Below are positions 11,583 through 26,456 of a stretch of 64,000 nucleotides of DNA, piece after piece. Source of the stretch: Octopus sinensis (lineage: Eukaryota); assembly GCF_006345805.1 (NCBI RefSeq), contig NC_043007.1, positions 806,001-870,000 of the forward strand, given 5' to 3'. Every line of letters starts with the position of its first letter. The first letter of the stretch is position 1. The notes below the pieces were generated by a model. That model worked only from the letters and a program-made list of their open reading frames with translations. It ran no database searches and was not told the DNA's origin. The position numbers and the translations under genes were made by a program.

Positions 11583-12055
11583 CAGAGGCAGTGTGCTCTT
11601 GAGAAATTCACTTCCTAACCACGTGGTTTCGGGTTCAGCCCCACTGTATGGAATCTTAGTCGAGTGTTTTGTACTCGAAGCACTGTGAATCGATTCCGTA
11701 AACAGAATCCTGCTGTGTGTTTTGTGTGCTGCGGGGCGTCTCCTTGTTTCGACATTGCGCGATGATTGTGAGGTTGTGAACGAGCGTCATCGTCGTACGA
11801 GATCTATCCTTCGTTTGTACTCGTCTGCTTGGATATGTCCACCCGTAGGGGAGATATCAAACTTTCTACTTCCGTGTGGAAGTAGGTGCGGTTTGATGAC
11901 AAGAAGGGCCTCTGGTTTTTGAAAAAGAAAAAAAAACAACAAAAAAACTCCTTTAGTGAATTCCGCCTGACCCATGCAAGCATGGGAACTTGGACGTTAA
12001 AACGATGATGCAGATCGCATACGATTGCTTTTCATATTGAGAGAGGTAGTAATAG

Positions 12056-12620
12056 CTACCCGAGTTTCCTCCACCTCCCACCCTTCTTCTTACTCTGGTT
12101 ACTATGGTTTTGAAGCACACCTAATCTACTGCTAATTAGGTCATCCAGGTTACATACGCTATCAACTACTTTTAGGGAGCTTACAGAGCATTTGAGAGAA
12201 ATTATTTTCATGGGTGTTCCCTTTACTGCTAGCTTGTTCGTGTGTGTTTCTGCTGCACATAAAGTCTTGCTTCTCTCTTCACCTGCCTCTCTCATCCTGC
12301 TACACTTCATTCGACCACTCCGGGTACCTGTTCAACCCGTTTCTAACTCTTACGGTGCTAATGGCATCTTTGTACAATGGCTTCCATGGTTCTCACAAAT
12401 CCTTCATAAAATGAACCATTTACATATTATACCACAACACTGGAGGGCATGGTGCCTTATGAAAGGCCTTCTCCAGGTCAACAGATGCTGTTTATTGTAG
12501 GTCACTCTTAGCTAAGAACTTCTGCAGTTGTCTCACTTCTACCTATCACTTGTGCTATAAGCTCCTTGCGGTGCTTCTCTGACGTAGTCCATCACAGGTT
12601 ATATTCGCACAGGTAAAGCT
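12056..12620 (-). mobile_element. Decayed RTE-group LINE reverse-transcriptase fragment with an internal deletion
   Basis: Minus-strand translation gives VRQLQKFLAK, VDLEKAFHK and LKVVDSVCNLDDLISS, resembling the RTE ORF2 motifs RQLQEK, FVDLEKAFD and LEVVDSFCYLGD. Frameshifts and stops present. Confidence 0.75.
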
Positions 12621-13440
12621 ACTGTTATGGGTGCACCTGTTTTTCAGGTGAGTTACGACTCGTTTGAAGACTGCATTGACAGGCGAAATTCGGCGGCGAG
12701 ACTCGACTCAACCTACACACACATATATATATACACATACATGTGTATGTATATACATGTATTTACACACGTGTGTATATACATATATATATGTGTGTGT
12801 CCTACCCCGACTGGCTCCTGTGCCGGTGGCACGTAAAAAGCACCCACTACACTCGGAGTGGCTGGCATTAGGAAGAGCATCCAGCTGTAGAAACCTTGCC
12901 AGATCAGATTGGGGCCTGGCGCAGCCTACGGCTTGTCAGTCCCCAGTGAAACCGTCCAACCCATGTCATCATAGAAAATGGACGTTAAACGATAATATGT
13001 ATATATATTTGTGTGTGTGTGTGGTATATATATATGGGTGTGTATGTATGTATATGTGCGTGTGCATAATCTCAGATATTGTATTAATGTTCAGTCAACA
13101 TCAAAAGAGAATATATCTACGCACACGCACGTCGCCTACATAATACTCCACATGATACACCATTATTCGCCTTAGCGAGATATTACAGGGGAAATATTTG
13201 TAAAAAATTATAAAGTAGTATCTGGTGACTGCGACCCGTAGGTGGGATGAATAGGCGGAAAGAGCCGACCTCTGAAAGACAATATTTATTTATTGTTTCT
13301 CTCAAGTTACTCTCTCTTTTACAAAGATATGTATACATTGGGTGACCTGAGAGTCTGAATAGCCTGAGCAAATGAAAGGGATGATTACTCGGTCCCATAT
13401 TAATTACCCTGTCCTCTTACCTAGGCTTAAAAACCCGCGT

Positions 13441-13542
13441 GTGTGTGTAATATATATATATATATATGTATGTATGTATATATGTATATATGTATGTATA
13501 TGTATGTATATATATGTATGTGTATGTATGTATATATGTATG

Positions 13543-13612
<70 letters not shown>

Positions 13613-13627
13613 ATGTATGTATATATA

Positions 13628-13660
<33 letters not shown>

Positions 13661-14521
13661 ATATATATATGTATGTATATATGTATGTATATATGTATGT
13701 ATATATGTATATATATATGTGTATATATATATGTGTGTATATATATATATGTATGTGTATATGTATATATATATATATATATATGTATAGTATATATATA
13801 TATATATGTATATAATATATATATATATATATATTATATATATGTATGTGTATATTATATATATATATATGTATGTATGTATATGTATATATATATATGT
13901 ATGTGTATATGTTATATATATATGTATGTGTATATGTATATATATATATGTATGTGTATATGTATATATATATATGTATGTGTATATGTATATATATATA
14001 TGTATGTGTATATGTATATATATATATGTATGTGTATATGTATATATATATATGTATGTGTATATGTATATATATATATGTATATGTATATATATATATA
14101 TGTATGTGTATATGTATATATATTATATGTATATGTATATGTATATATATATATATGTATGTGTATATGTATATATATGTATGTGTATATGTATATATAT
14201 GTATGTGTATATGTATATATATATATGTATGTGTATATGTATATATATATATGTATGTGTATATGTATATATATATATGTATGTGTATATGTATATATAT
14301 GTATGTGTATATGTATATATATGTATGTGTATATGTATGTATATATATATATATGTATGTGTATATGTATGTGTATGTGTATATGTATGTATATATATGT
14401 ATGTGTATATGTATATATATGTATGTGTATATGTATATATATATATGTATGTGTATATGTATATATATATATGTATGTGTATATGTATATGTGTATATGT
14501 ATATATATATATGTATATATG

Positions 14522-14566
<45 letters not shown>

Positions 14567-15719
14567 ATGTGTATATGTATATATATATATGTATGTGTAT
14601 ATGTATATATATATATGTATGTGTATATGTGTGTATATGTATATATATGTATGTGTATATGTATGTATATATATATATATGTATGTGTATATGTATGTAT
14701 ATATATATATGTATGTGTATATGTATGTATATTATATATATGTATGTATATATGTATGTATATATATATATATGTGTATATATGTATGTATATATATATA
14801 TATGTATATATATATATGTATGTGTATATGTATATATATATATGTATGTGTATATGTATATATATATATGTATGTGTATATGTATATATATATATATGTA
14901 TGTTATATATGTATATATATATATATGTATGTGTATATGTATATATATATATGTATATATATGTATGTGTATATGTATATATATATATGTATATATATAT
15001 ATGTATGTGTATATGTATATATATATATGTATGTGTATATGTATATATATGTATGTATGTGTATATGTATATATATATGTGTATGTGTATATGTATATAT
15101 ATATATGTATGTGTATATGTATATATATATATGTATGTGTATATATATATATGTATGTGTATATGTATATATATATATGTATGTGTATATGTATATATAT
15201 GTATGTGTATATGTATATATATATATGTATGTGTATATGTATATATATATATGTATGTGTATATGTATATATATGTATGTGTATATGTATGTATATATAT
15301 ATATATGTATGTGTATATGTATATATATATGTATGTGTATATGTATATATATATGTATGTGTATATGTATATGTGTATATGTATATATATATATGTAGTG
15401 TATATGTATATGTTATATGTATATATATATTGTATGTATATGTGTATATGTATATATATATATGTATGTGTATATGTATATGTGTATATGTATATATATA
15501 TATGTATGTATATGTGTATATGTATATATATATAGTATATATGTATATATATATATGTATATATATATATGTATATATATGTATATATATATATGTATAT
15601 ATATATATGTATATATATATATGTATATTATATATGTATATATATATATGTATATATATATGTATATATATATATGTATATTATATATGTATATATATAT
15701 AGTATATTATATATATATG

Positions 15720-15751
<32 letters not shown>

Positions 15752-15768
15752 GTATATATATATATATG

Positions 15769-15799
<31 letters not shown>

Positions 15800-15839
15800 G
15801 TAGTATATGTATGTATATATGTATATATATATATGTATG

Positions 15840-15872
<33 letters not shown>

Positions 15873-16164
15873 GTATGTATATATATATATATATATGTAT
15901 ATGTATATATGTATGTATATATATATATATATATGTATATGTATATATGTATGTAATATATATATGTATATGTATATATGTATGTATATATATATGTATA
16001 TGTATATATGTATGTATAATATATATATATAATATATATGTATATGTATATATGTATGTATATGTATATGTTATATATGTATGTATATATATATGTATAT
16101 ATGTATATTATATATGTATGTATTATATATATATATATGTATATATATATATGTATGTGTATAT

Positions 16165-16196
<32 letters not shown>

Positions 16197-17523
16197 ATAT
16201 GTATATGTATTATATATGTATATATGTATGTGTATTGTATATATGTATGTGTATATGTATATATATATATGTATATGTATATATATATATATGTATGTGT
16301 ATATGTATATATATATATGTATGTGTATATGTATATATATATATGTATGTGTATATGTATATATATATATGTATGTGTATATGTATATATATATATGTAT
16401 GTGTATATGTATATATATGTATGTGTATATGTGTGTATATGTATATATATGTATGTGTATATGTATGTATATATATATATATGTATGTGTATATGTATGT
16501 ATATATATATATGTATGTGTATATGTATGTATATATATATATGTATGTATATATGTATGTATATATATATATATGTGTATATATGTATGTATATATATAT
16601 ATATGTATATATATATATGTATGTGTATATGTATATATATATATGTATGTGTATATGTATATATATATATGTATGTGTATATGTATATATATATATATGT
16701 ATGTGTATATGTATATATATATATATGTATGTGTATATGTATATATATATATATGTATATATATGTATGTGTATATGTATATATATATATGTATATATAT
16801 ATATGTATGTGTATATGTATATATATATATGTATGTGTATATGTATATATATATGTATGTATGTGTATATGTATATATATATGTGTATGTGTATATGTAT
16901 ATATATATATGTATGTATGTATGTATATATATATATATATGTATGTGTATATATATATATGTATGTGTATATGTATATATATATATGTATGTGTATATGT
17001 ATATATATGTATGTGTATATGTATATATATATATGTATGTATATGTATATATATATATATATGTATTGTATATGTATATATATGTATGTGTATATGTATG
17101 TAATATATATATATGTATGTGTATATGTATATATATATGTATGTGTATAGTATATTATATGTATGTGTATATGTATATGTGTATATATATATATATATGT
17201 AGTGTATATGTATATGTTATATGTATATATATATTGTATGTATATGTGTATATGTATATATATATATGTATGTGTATATGTATATGTGTATATGTATATA
17301 TATATATGTATGTATATGTGTATATGTATATATATATAGTATATATGTATATATATATATGTATATATATATATGTATATATATGTATATATATATATGT
17401 ATATATATATATGTATATATATATATGTATATTATATATGTATATATATATATGTATATATATATGTATATATATATATGTATATTATATATGTATATAT
17501 ATATAGTATATTATATATATATG

Positions 17524-17555
<32 letters not shown>

Positions 17556-17572
17556 GTATATATATATATATG

Positions 17573-17603
<31 letters not shown>

Positions 17604-18096
17604 GTAGTATATGTGTATATGATATATATATATGTATGTGTATATGTTATATATATATGTATGTGTATGTGTATATGTATATATATATATATGTATGTGT
17701 AATGTATATGTGTATATGTATATATATATATATATGTATGTGTATATGTATATGTGTATATGTATTATATATATGTATATGTATATGTATATATGTATGT
17801 ATATGTATATGTATATATGTATGTATATGTATGTATATGTATATGTATATATGTATGTATATGTATGTATATATATATATGTATGTATATGTATGTATAT
17901 ATATATATGTATGTATATATGTATGTATATATATATATGTATGTATATGTATGTATATATATATATGTATGTATATATGTATGTATATGTATATATATGT
18001 ATGTATATGTATGTATATATGTATATATATGATGTATATGTATGTATATATGTATATATATATATGTATGTATATATGTATATATATATATGTATG

Positions 18097-18129
<33 letters not shown>

Positions 18130-18184
18130 GTATGTATATATATATATATATATGTATATGTATATATGTATATATGTATATATG

Positions 18185-18215
<31 letters not shown>

Positions 18216-18262
18216 GTATATATGTATGTGTATATATATATATATATGTATATGTATATATG

Positions 18263-18293
<31 letters not shown>

Positions 18294-18967
18294 GTATATA
18301 TGTATGTAATATATATATGTATATGTATATATGTATGTATATATATATATGTATATATATATATGTATGTGTATATGTATATATGTATATATGTATGTAT
18401 ATATGTATGTGTATATGTATATATATATGTATGTGTATATGTATATATATATATATGTATGTGTATATGTATATATATATATGTATGTGTATATGTATAT
18501 ATATATATATGTATGTGTATATGTATATATATATATGTATGTGTATATGTATATGTGTATATGTATATATATATATATATGTGTATATGTATATATATAT
18601 ATATGTATGTATATGTATGTATATATGTATGTATATATGTATGTATATATGTATGTATATATGTATGTATATATGTATATGTATGTATATATGTATGTAT
18701 ATATGTATATGTATGTATATATGTATATGTATGTATATATGTATGTATATATATATGTATATATGTATGTATATATATATGTATGTATATATGTATGTAT
18801 ATATATATGTATGTATATATGTATGTATATATGTATGTATATATATAATATGTATGTATATATGTATATGTATGTATATATGTATGTATATATATATGTA
18901 TGTATGTATATATGTATGTATATATGTATGTATATATAATATATGTATGTATATATGTATATGTATG

Positions 18968-19000
<33 letters not shown>

Positions 19001-19283
19001 TATATATATGTATATATATTATGTATGTATATATGTATATGTATGTATATATGTATGTGTATATGTATGTTATATATGTATATGTATGTATATATGTATG
19101 TGTATATGTATGTATATATGTATATGTATGTATATATATATGTATATATGTATGTATATATGTATGTATATATATGTATGTATGTATATATGTATGTATA
19201 TATGTATGTATATATATATGTATGTATATATGTATGTATATATATGTATGTATGTATATATGTATGTATATATGTATGTATAT

Positions 19284-19314
<31 letters not shown>

Positions 19315-19404
19315 TGTATATATGTATGTATATATATATGTATGTATGTATATATGTATGTATATATGTATGTATATATATATATATGTATGTATATATG
19401 TATG

Positions 19405-19482
<78 letters not shown>

Positions 19483-19520
19483 TGTATATATGTATATGTA
19501 TATATATATGTATATGTATG

Positions 19521-19574
<54 letters not shown>

Positions 19575-19778
19575 TGTATATATGTATATGTATGTATATA
19601 TGTATATGTATGTATATATATGTATATGTATGTATATATATATGTATGTATATATATGTATATATATATGTATGTATATATGTATATATATGTATATATG
19701 TGTGTATGTATATATGTATGTATGTATGTATATATGTTTGTATGTATATATATATGTATGTATATATGTATGTGTATT
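13441..19778. repeat. About 6.3-kb compound (TA)n/(TATG)n/(TG)n microsatellite array
   Basis: Directly visible. All long ORFs at 13.4-19.9 kb are I/Y/M/C/V low-complexity artefacts. Confidence 0.98.
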
Positions 19779-20150
19779 TTACAAGAGTCTTAATGTGAAA
19801 CCGTGTGTTGAAATAGATATTGTTACACGAATATTACTCTGTATATATGAGTGTGTGTATGTATGTATATACACACACTTACGTACGTACGTGTGTCCCC
19901 GTCCCCCATGTGTGTGTTGTAATAATGAGCTTTTACTGTGCTGCTGCAGTCTGTTCGGTTGAGTCATCATCAGTTCGTGGATGACGACGCCGGTTGTGAA
20001 ACATTTGTTACTAAAACAAAAGAGAAAAAAGAAAAGAAAACCCAAAATTATAAGCAATCGGTTTTTGAATGGTTTTTTGAAACTCGTTAATGCCTTAAAA
20101 CGAACAGTTGGTTAGGGTCTCTGCTTTTGGGTGGACTCTGTGTGTGTGTG

Positions 20151-20194
<44 letters not shown>

Positions 20195-20330
20195 GCATAT
20201 TCCCGCAGGCATGTTTGCGTGTGTGTGTGTGTACAAACTGGTACACAATAGGTTTATTACAAAAATTAGGAGGTGGAAATATTTGGAATGTTTGTCTGTC
20301 TGTAATTTATATATAAACGTGTGGCGCGCG

Positions 20331-20331
20331 C

Positions 20332-20367
<36 letters not shown>

Positions 20368-20760
20368 CACACACACACACACATATATATATGTATATAT
20401 ATATATATATATGTGTATGTATGTGTGTATATATATATGTGTGTGTATGTATATGTGTATATATATATATATATGTGTGTGTGTATGTGTATATATATAT
20501 ATATATGTGTGTGTGTATGTGTATATATATATGTGTATGTGTATATATATATGTGTATGTGTATATATATATATGTGTATGTGTATATATATATATGTGT
20601 ATATATATATGTATGTGTATATATGTATATATATGTGTATGTGTATATATGTATATATATGTATATATATGTGTATGTGTATATATGTATATGGTATATA
20701 TATATATGTATATATATATATATGTATGTGTATATATGTATGTGTGTATGCATGTATTCA
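20331..20760. repeat. Compound TA/TG microsatellite
   Basis: Directly visible. Confidence 0.95.
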
Positions 20761-21837
20761 TACGCGCACCCTGTCACCTAGTTTTCCCGGGTTAAAACCA
20801 TGGTTGTGTTTAGACAGATGATAGATATGAAAGAGGAGCGAGGGCGTAACGAAGTTATTTAAAAGCAAAGGGGATGGATGGATGGTTTGGTTAGTTTTGT
20901 AAGCAAGGAGCCAACCGCTAGTTCTTTTTTTTCCCTTTTTTTAATCATAATTGATGTAATATCGTTTCATTTCGTTTTTCTCCAATTTCCATCGTGTAAT
21001 GGTTTTTGCCTTTCGGCTCGCCCTGTTGTCGTTTTATGAAATGTCGAAGAGGGGGAAAGAGAGAGAGAGACAGTTATAGAATAACTGATTATATAGGGTG
21101 GGATATAGAGTTACATATATAGTAAGAGAGAGAGAGAGACACAGGTATAGAGAGGTACAGATGTAGAGAGAGAGCAGATGAAATAGAGGGAGTGAGAGAG
21201 AGAAAATGAAATAGAGGGTGTGAGAGAGAGAGACAGGTATAGAGAGGCACATGTAGAGAGAGAGAAGATAAAATAGAGGGAGTGAGAGAGAGAAAACCAT
21301 AGAAATATATATATATCTATATATATAGATATATAGTGTGAAAGATATAGTGATAGAAAGTGCAAGAGAGCTTTAATAAAAAGACGTTTATATATATATG
21401 TAGTGTTTTTTTTATGACTTTTTGTTAAATTAAATTATATATATATGTGTGTGTATATATTTTTTCTTGTACCGGAAACGCGCCTCAGGCTTTCGTAATT
21501 TGAAATACAAATATATAATCTAGAAGAATATAGTGGAGCCTTATGTTAGTCAGCTTGCTGGAGGTTCTGCGTTTTTTATCAATGGATGATGGATACAGGG
21601 TAAATAAATCCCGCCGAATTTTTTTTTCTTGTGTGTGTGTGTGTGTGTGTGTGATGAGTGTTTGTATGTGTGTATATTTTTCGCCGTTAAATTCCCCTTC
21701 AATGTGTCTCGACTAAAGTGTTCCACATGTTCTCTCTCCTCTTGAAATTAAGAGATTCGTGCATTGTGTAGAGCAAGCTTACATCTTATTTCTGTCTGTC
21801 TCTATATATCTATATATATACATATCTTTATACCTAC

Positions 21838-21879
21838 CTATCTATCTATCTGTTTGTCTGTCTATCTATCTATCCATTG

Positions 21880-21964
<85 letters not shown>

Positions 21965-22010
21965 CCTATCTACCTATCCATTGATCTATCTGTCTATCTA
22001 TCTATCTACC
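21838..22010. repeat. (ATCT)n tetranucleotide repeat; another lies at 1527-1620
   Basis: Directly visible. Confidence 0.95.
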
Positions 22011-22115
22011 TCTATATATCTACATATTTATATACCTATCTATCCACATGCTTATATATATATATTATGTACACACACACACGTCTCTGTATATACATAC
22101 ATATACACGTATGTG

Positions 22116-22153
<38 letters not shown>

Positions 22154-22550
22154 ATATTTGGCGGAAGTAACAGAATGATTCGTGACCAAGTTTCGTGCCT
22201 CTCTACTCCACAAATTAATCGTGAAAGCACTCAACATGTTTCACATGGTTCCCCCCATTAAAAAAAAAATTATATCATGGATTTTAATTCATATAGCGAG
22301 ATTATTTGGTTTCCAGTTTGCATATTTGAAAACTATCGTGCCTATGATACGGTTTGCTCTCCAATCATTTTTCGAAATGTGGCAATTAAAAAATTAGATG
22401 AATGTTTAATTTAGAAGTCAGTTGTTTTAACTTAGCATTCATTTTACGTTCCACTAACGAAAGATTCCCTTGAGTACGAATTTGTGTGTGTACTTGTGTA
22501 TATTTATTTATACATCCACACAGCATGTGTACATGTATGTATATAAATAT

Positions 22551-22582
<32 letters not shown>

Positions 22583-24766
22583 GTATATGTGTGTGTGTAA
22601 CATACACGTCTTTCAAGCACTGGAGCCTGTATAATTATTTCTAGGCATTGTTTGGTATCCTGTATTCCTTTTTTTAAAGTTCAATTTCGTAATGGATGTT
22701 ACGAAACAAATTCAATATCAAACTCTCGTCATATTTGTGCTTTGAACGGGGTTTTTGTTTTATAGGCCTTTGTCATTCATTCATCTCTCCATCCATCCAT
22801 CCATCCATTCATTTAAATAAATCCATTCAAACTTGGCTGTCGATGGCTGTGTGTGATAAACTATGCACAAGTTGGCCGTGTGTTTTTAAAAGGCTTCTTT
22901 CAAATATAAAGAAAAGCAGAGGGGGGAAAAAACCCCGGTTTTTTTGTTTTTTTTTTGTTTGTTTTAAGGCTTAGAAACTCGTGGTTGTTTTGGATGTGAA
23001 ATGGGATGGAAAAATAGGAAGAATGCGGAGTGACTAAGAGGAATCACTCCCCACATTCTTCGTTTGGGGGTTTTCGAGTTTCCTATATTCGGTTTTTCGA
23101 AAATACCAGTTGTTTTATGAGACGAGGCGACTATTTTATTTAATGATTTCTTGTTTGGTCCAATTATATAGAGTTCTTTTTTCTATCTTTTTATTTGTTT
23201 CAAGTCATTCGTCTGCGGCCATGTTGGGGCACCACCTTGAAGGGTTTTAGTCGAACGAATCAACTCCAATTTTTATTTTTTGTTCTTAAGCCTTGTACTT
23301 ATTCTGTCGGTCTTTGTTGCCGAACCGCCAAGTTACAGGGGTGTAAACAAAATAAAACCAAACCGGTTGCCAAGCAGTGATTAGGGCATACACGTCAGGC
23401 GTCTTTCATTTTCCGTCAACTAATTCACCCACAGGGCATTTGTCGGCCCCGTGGTTAAGACTCCATGCGGTGGGACTGAACCCGGAACCATGTGGCTCTA
23501 CGTATTTGTGTCAGTGAGCGGAAGGAGGGAGAAGTGCGCGCGAAGTTGATTATAAGAAACATGTTTGTTTCTCAAACTGCTTCTTGTACTTGTACATATA
23601 TTCATAACCCATAAAATGCTGGGATTTTCACTTGCATAGCATGGACTGCTGAGCACATTTTATGAAAATGAAACTGCCATGCACACATAAAAAAATAATT
23701 AAAATATCTCCTTAGTGTATAATGGTGGCAAGTTATACTTTATGTGAAAAGTCGTTAGTTGAACTATTAGTCCTTTTGCATTTTGGGGGGTATCGGAGCT
23801 GTTTGAGTGATATTAGACCCCAACGAATGTATGCCCCTAATTTAAATGCATGTATTTGGGCCACGATCGTGGCCTGTCGACCGGTGCCTGACGGTCACAA
23901 TCGTGGCTCGTCGCGCTTTGTGTGTCAACCTATCTCTACCTTGTTACAAGTTCTTTTAGATGAGTGTTAGATGACGGGTTACCTAACCCCCGAGGCTTAG
24001 TAAAAACAATGTATTTTGGCATCACCTAAGAACTACAATCATAAACGTTAACCCTTTTTTTTTCTACTTTGTGGCATGTTCTCGTATAACTTTTATAAAC
24101 CATCTATCTAAAAACCTTTCGTTAATAATAATAATAAAAAAGGTGTTTCGGTTGTAGTAAATATTTTGAAATAAAGTGTGTGGAAAGTTATAAGGTAGAA
24201 TTTATTTAACATTGTTGTATCTTCAGAATTTGAATATTTTTCTGTATAGGGAAAGCAGTTGAGTTTATACATAATCTTAACCTCTATGGTTTTCGTCCTA
24301 CACGAATTACTTTATAAATAGATGATACTATATATATATGATGTATTTTCTATCCACCATCATCACCAGCGTGTTTGCTTGTGTGGTTATTTTTAAAGTT
24401 AATTCCCTTCCATTCCTCTAAAACTCTGGATGTGCATGTCTGTTTATATTTACACGCACACAGGCATCTATTTTGCAGATCAAGTGGATTGCGGGCTTCA
24501 AGTTTTGCCTTATCGGAATTGTTCGACCAGACTGGTTGAACATCCGATAAGCGAAACCTGGCTGGCCCTCCTAATAAGTTTGCCGCCCTTCTCAATATAG
24601 TCACACACTATCAGTGAATAATCCGTTGTAAATTCTTCAACGTCTATCACAATAATAGCATTATTTTAGTAAATATATATGTAGGTACACGTTCGTATAT
24701 GTAAGTATTCGTATGTTGTGTTTATATATATATATATGTATGTATTTATGTTTCTCTTCTGTGTGT

Positions 24767-24825
24767 ATTCTACTGACGAGGCAAAGCATTCCCAAATGCA
24801 AAGCCAGAAATCCGGGATCTAGAAT
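24767..24825 (+). ncRNA. Type I hammerhead ribozyme motif
   Basis: attcta-CTGACGA-ggc aaa gcatt ccca aatgc aaa gcc-a-GAAA-tc cgg ga-TC-tagaat. Stem I is 6 bp, stem II is 3+5 bp, stem III is short and near-palindromic, and the cleavage triplet is AUC. One extra A precedes G12. Confidence 0.75.
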
Positions 24826-26282
24826 TATCCAGTAATTTTTTTACTAGTTTCATCTTGTCTCTTTGTTTTCTCTCCGTGTTGATATATGGACAATTAAGGT
24901 GGTTTCAGAGTCAGATCATGGCTGCTATTTTCAGCATGATGGCATCTCGTAGATACCCTAATTTATATATATATATACACACGCATACATAACACTTTAT
25001 TGTAGATGTACATTGGTCCTATATGTCCTATATGCCACAACAAAATTACATTTGTTTTTTCCCCCTCCCCTCATCTCGATGGTGACTAAACGTTGTTGCT
25101 TAACCAAGCTTCTTCCTTATCTCTTCCAATTGTATAGAGAAACTTGAAGCATTCCTTCTTTCGTAAACCTGTCTATCCACTTTAAAATGTGCTTCAGGCA
25201 TTACAGACACGTTGTCATCATTATTATTATTATTAGTTATCCCTTCCTTCCTATATTCAACCCACTTTTTTAGATAAATTATTTTCTTATTCATACAAAA
25301 CTGTATATTTGAATAAAAAAAAAAAAAAAGAATTCAGAGCTAAATTGTATCACCTGTATTTTTAGTAAAGAAATAGGTGATTAAAGTCAGCTACGCACAC
25401 AATTTTCTTTTCATTGTTCACAGAAAAACAAGAAGCCGTCTCAAACCAGTGTTTCAGAATTTTAAACGTTGCTAAAGTTGTTCTATATTCAATTATGAAA
25501 GTGTTTGGACTACTTCGTTTCTGCTGTTGTTTTGTCTGGTCTCTGATATTTGTGCTGTTTTTCTTTTTTTTTTTTTGGTCAGAGCCAAAATGCTTCGTCA
25601 TCATAATTTCACTTCTGCCTTCCATGCTGGCATGTGTTGGACGGTTTGACCAGAACTGGCCAAAGTTGGAAGACCACTCCAAGCTCTGTTCTGCTTCGGC
25701 ATGGTTTCCACAGCTGGATGCCGACCATTTTATGGTGTATGCTGGGTACTTTCTACGAGGCACCAGCCGCAGTGGCTTTGTACAAGTTGATGAAAGATTA
25801 GGGTATGAATAGAGGCACAGAGATAGGAATATTGCAATGGAAAAGATGCATGACTATCTCAGTTGGGGAGAGAGAGATGAAGTTGTGATGGGACGTACAC
25901 TTGGGTTACAGGAAGGTGTATATAATAAATATTTTCCATACAACTGCTTTATGATATGTTAACTGTGTCCATTCTCCAGTATTGGTAATGTTTGTTTTTG
26001 GTCATAATTTGATTAGAAGGTAGGGATACAGTGAGTGTTTGTGTGCATATGGAGTTTCTGTTGTTATAGGGTCAGAATTTAGGTAGTAACAGCTTCAGAG
26101 AAACCTTGGTTGTAGAGGAGCTAAAAGATCTGTGTTTGTAGAGTTTTGGTGAATATGGTGGTGTGGGATGATTACCCCTAATTTGTGAGTGATAGTGTAA
26201 AGTGTATGGCATACCCACACAAGTGTTTTGCCCCACACCTGTTTTGTTTCCTCATCATTGCCAGTACCGTCTGACAGGCCTC

Positions 26283-26456
26283 TGTGTCGGTAGCACTCTC
26301 AGAGTGGTTGGCATTAGGAAGGGCATCTGGCTGTAGAAACTCTGCCAAATCAAAATTGGAGCCTGGTGCAGCCATCTGGTTCGCTAGACCTCAGTCAAAT
26401 CATCCAACCCATGCTAGCATGGAAAGCGGACGTTAAACAATGATGATGATGATGAT
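26283..26456 (+). mobile_element. Family C repeat (RTE-type 3' end with (GAT)n tail), representative copy
   Basis: ggagtggttggcattaggaagggcatc...ccaacccatgctagcatggaaagcggacgttaaac-(gat)n. Further copies at about 12805, 28002, 39783, 42990, 53104, 54681, 56245, 60960, 62120 and 62655. Confidence 0.85.

Noticed and set aside
13466-19962. Very long ORFs (up to 742 aa)
   Set aside because: Translations of a TA/TG microsatellite that rarely yields stops on this strand; composed only of I/Y/M/C/V.
24350-24604. 84-aa minus-strand ORF with a presequence-like start
   Set aside because: Starts at GTG, with no convincing splice donor and no recognisable homology. Kept only as part of the CpG-rich promoter candidate.
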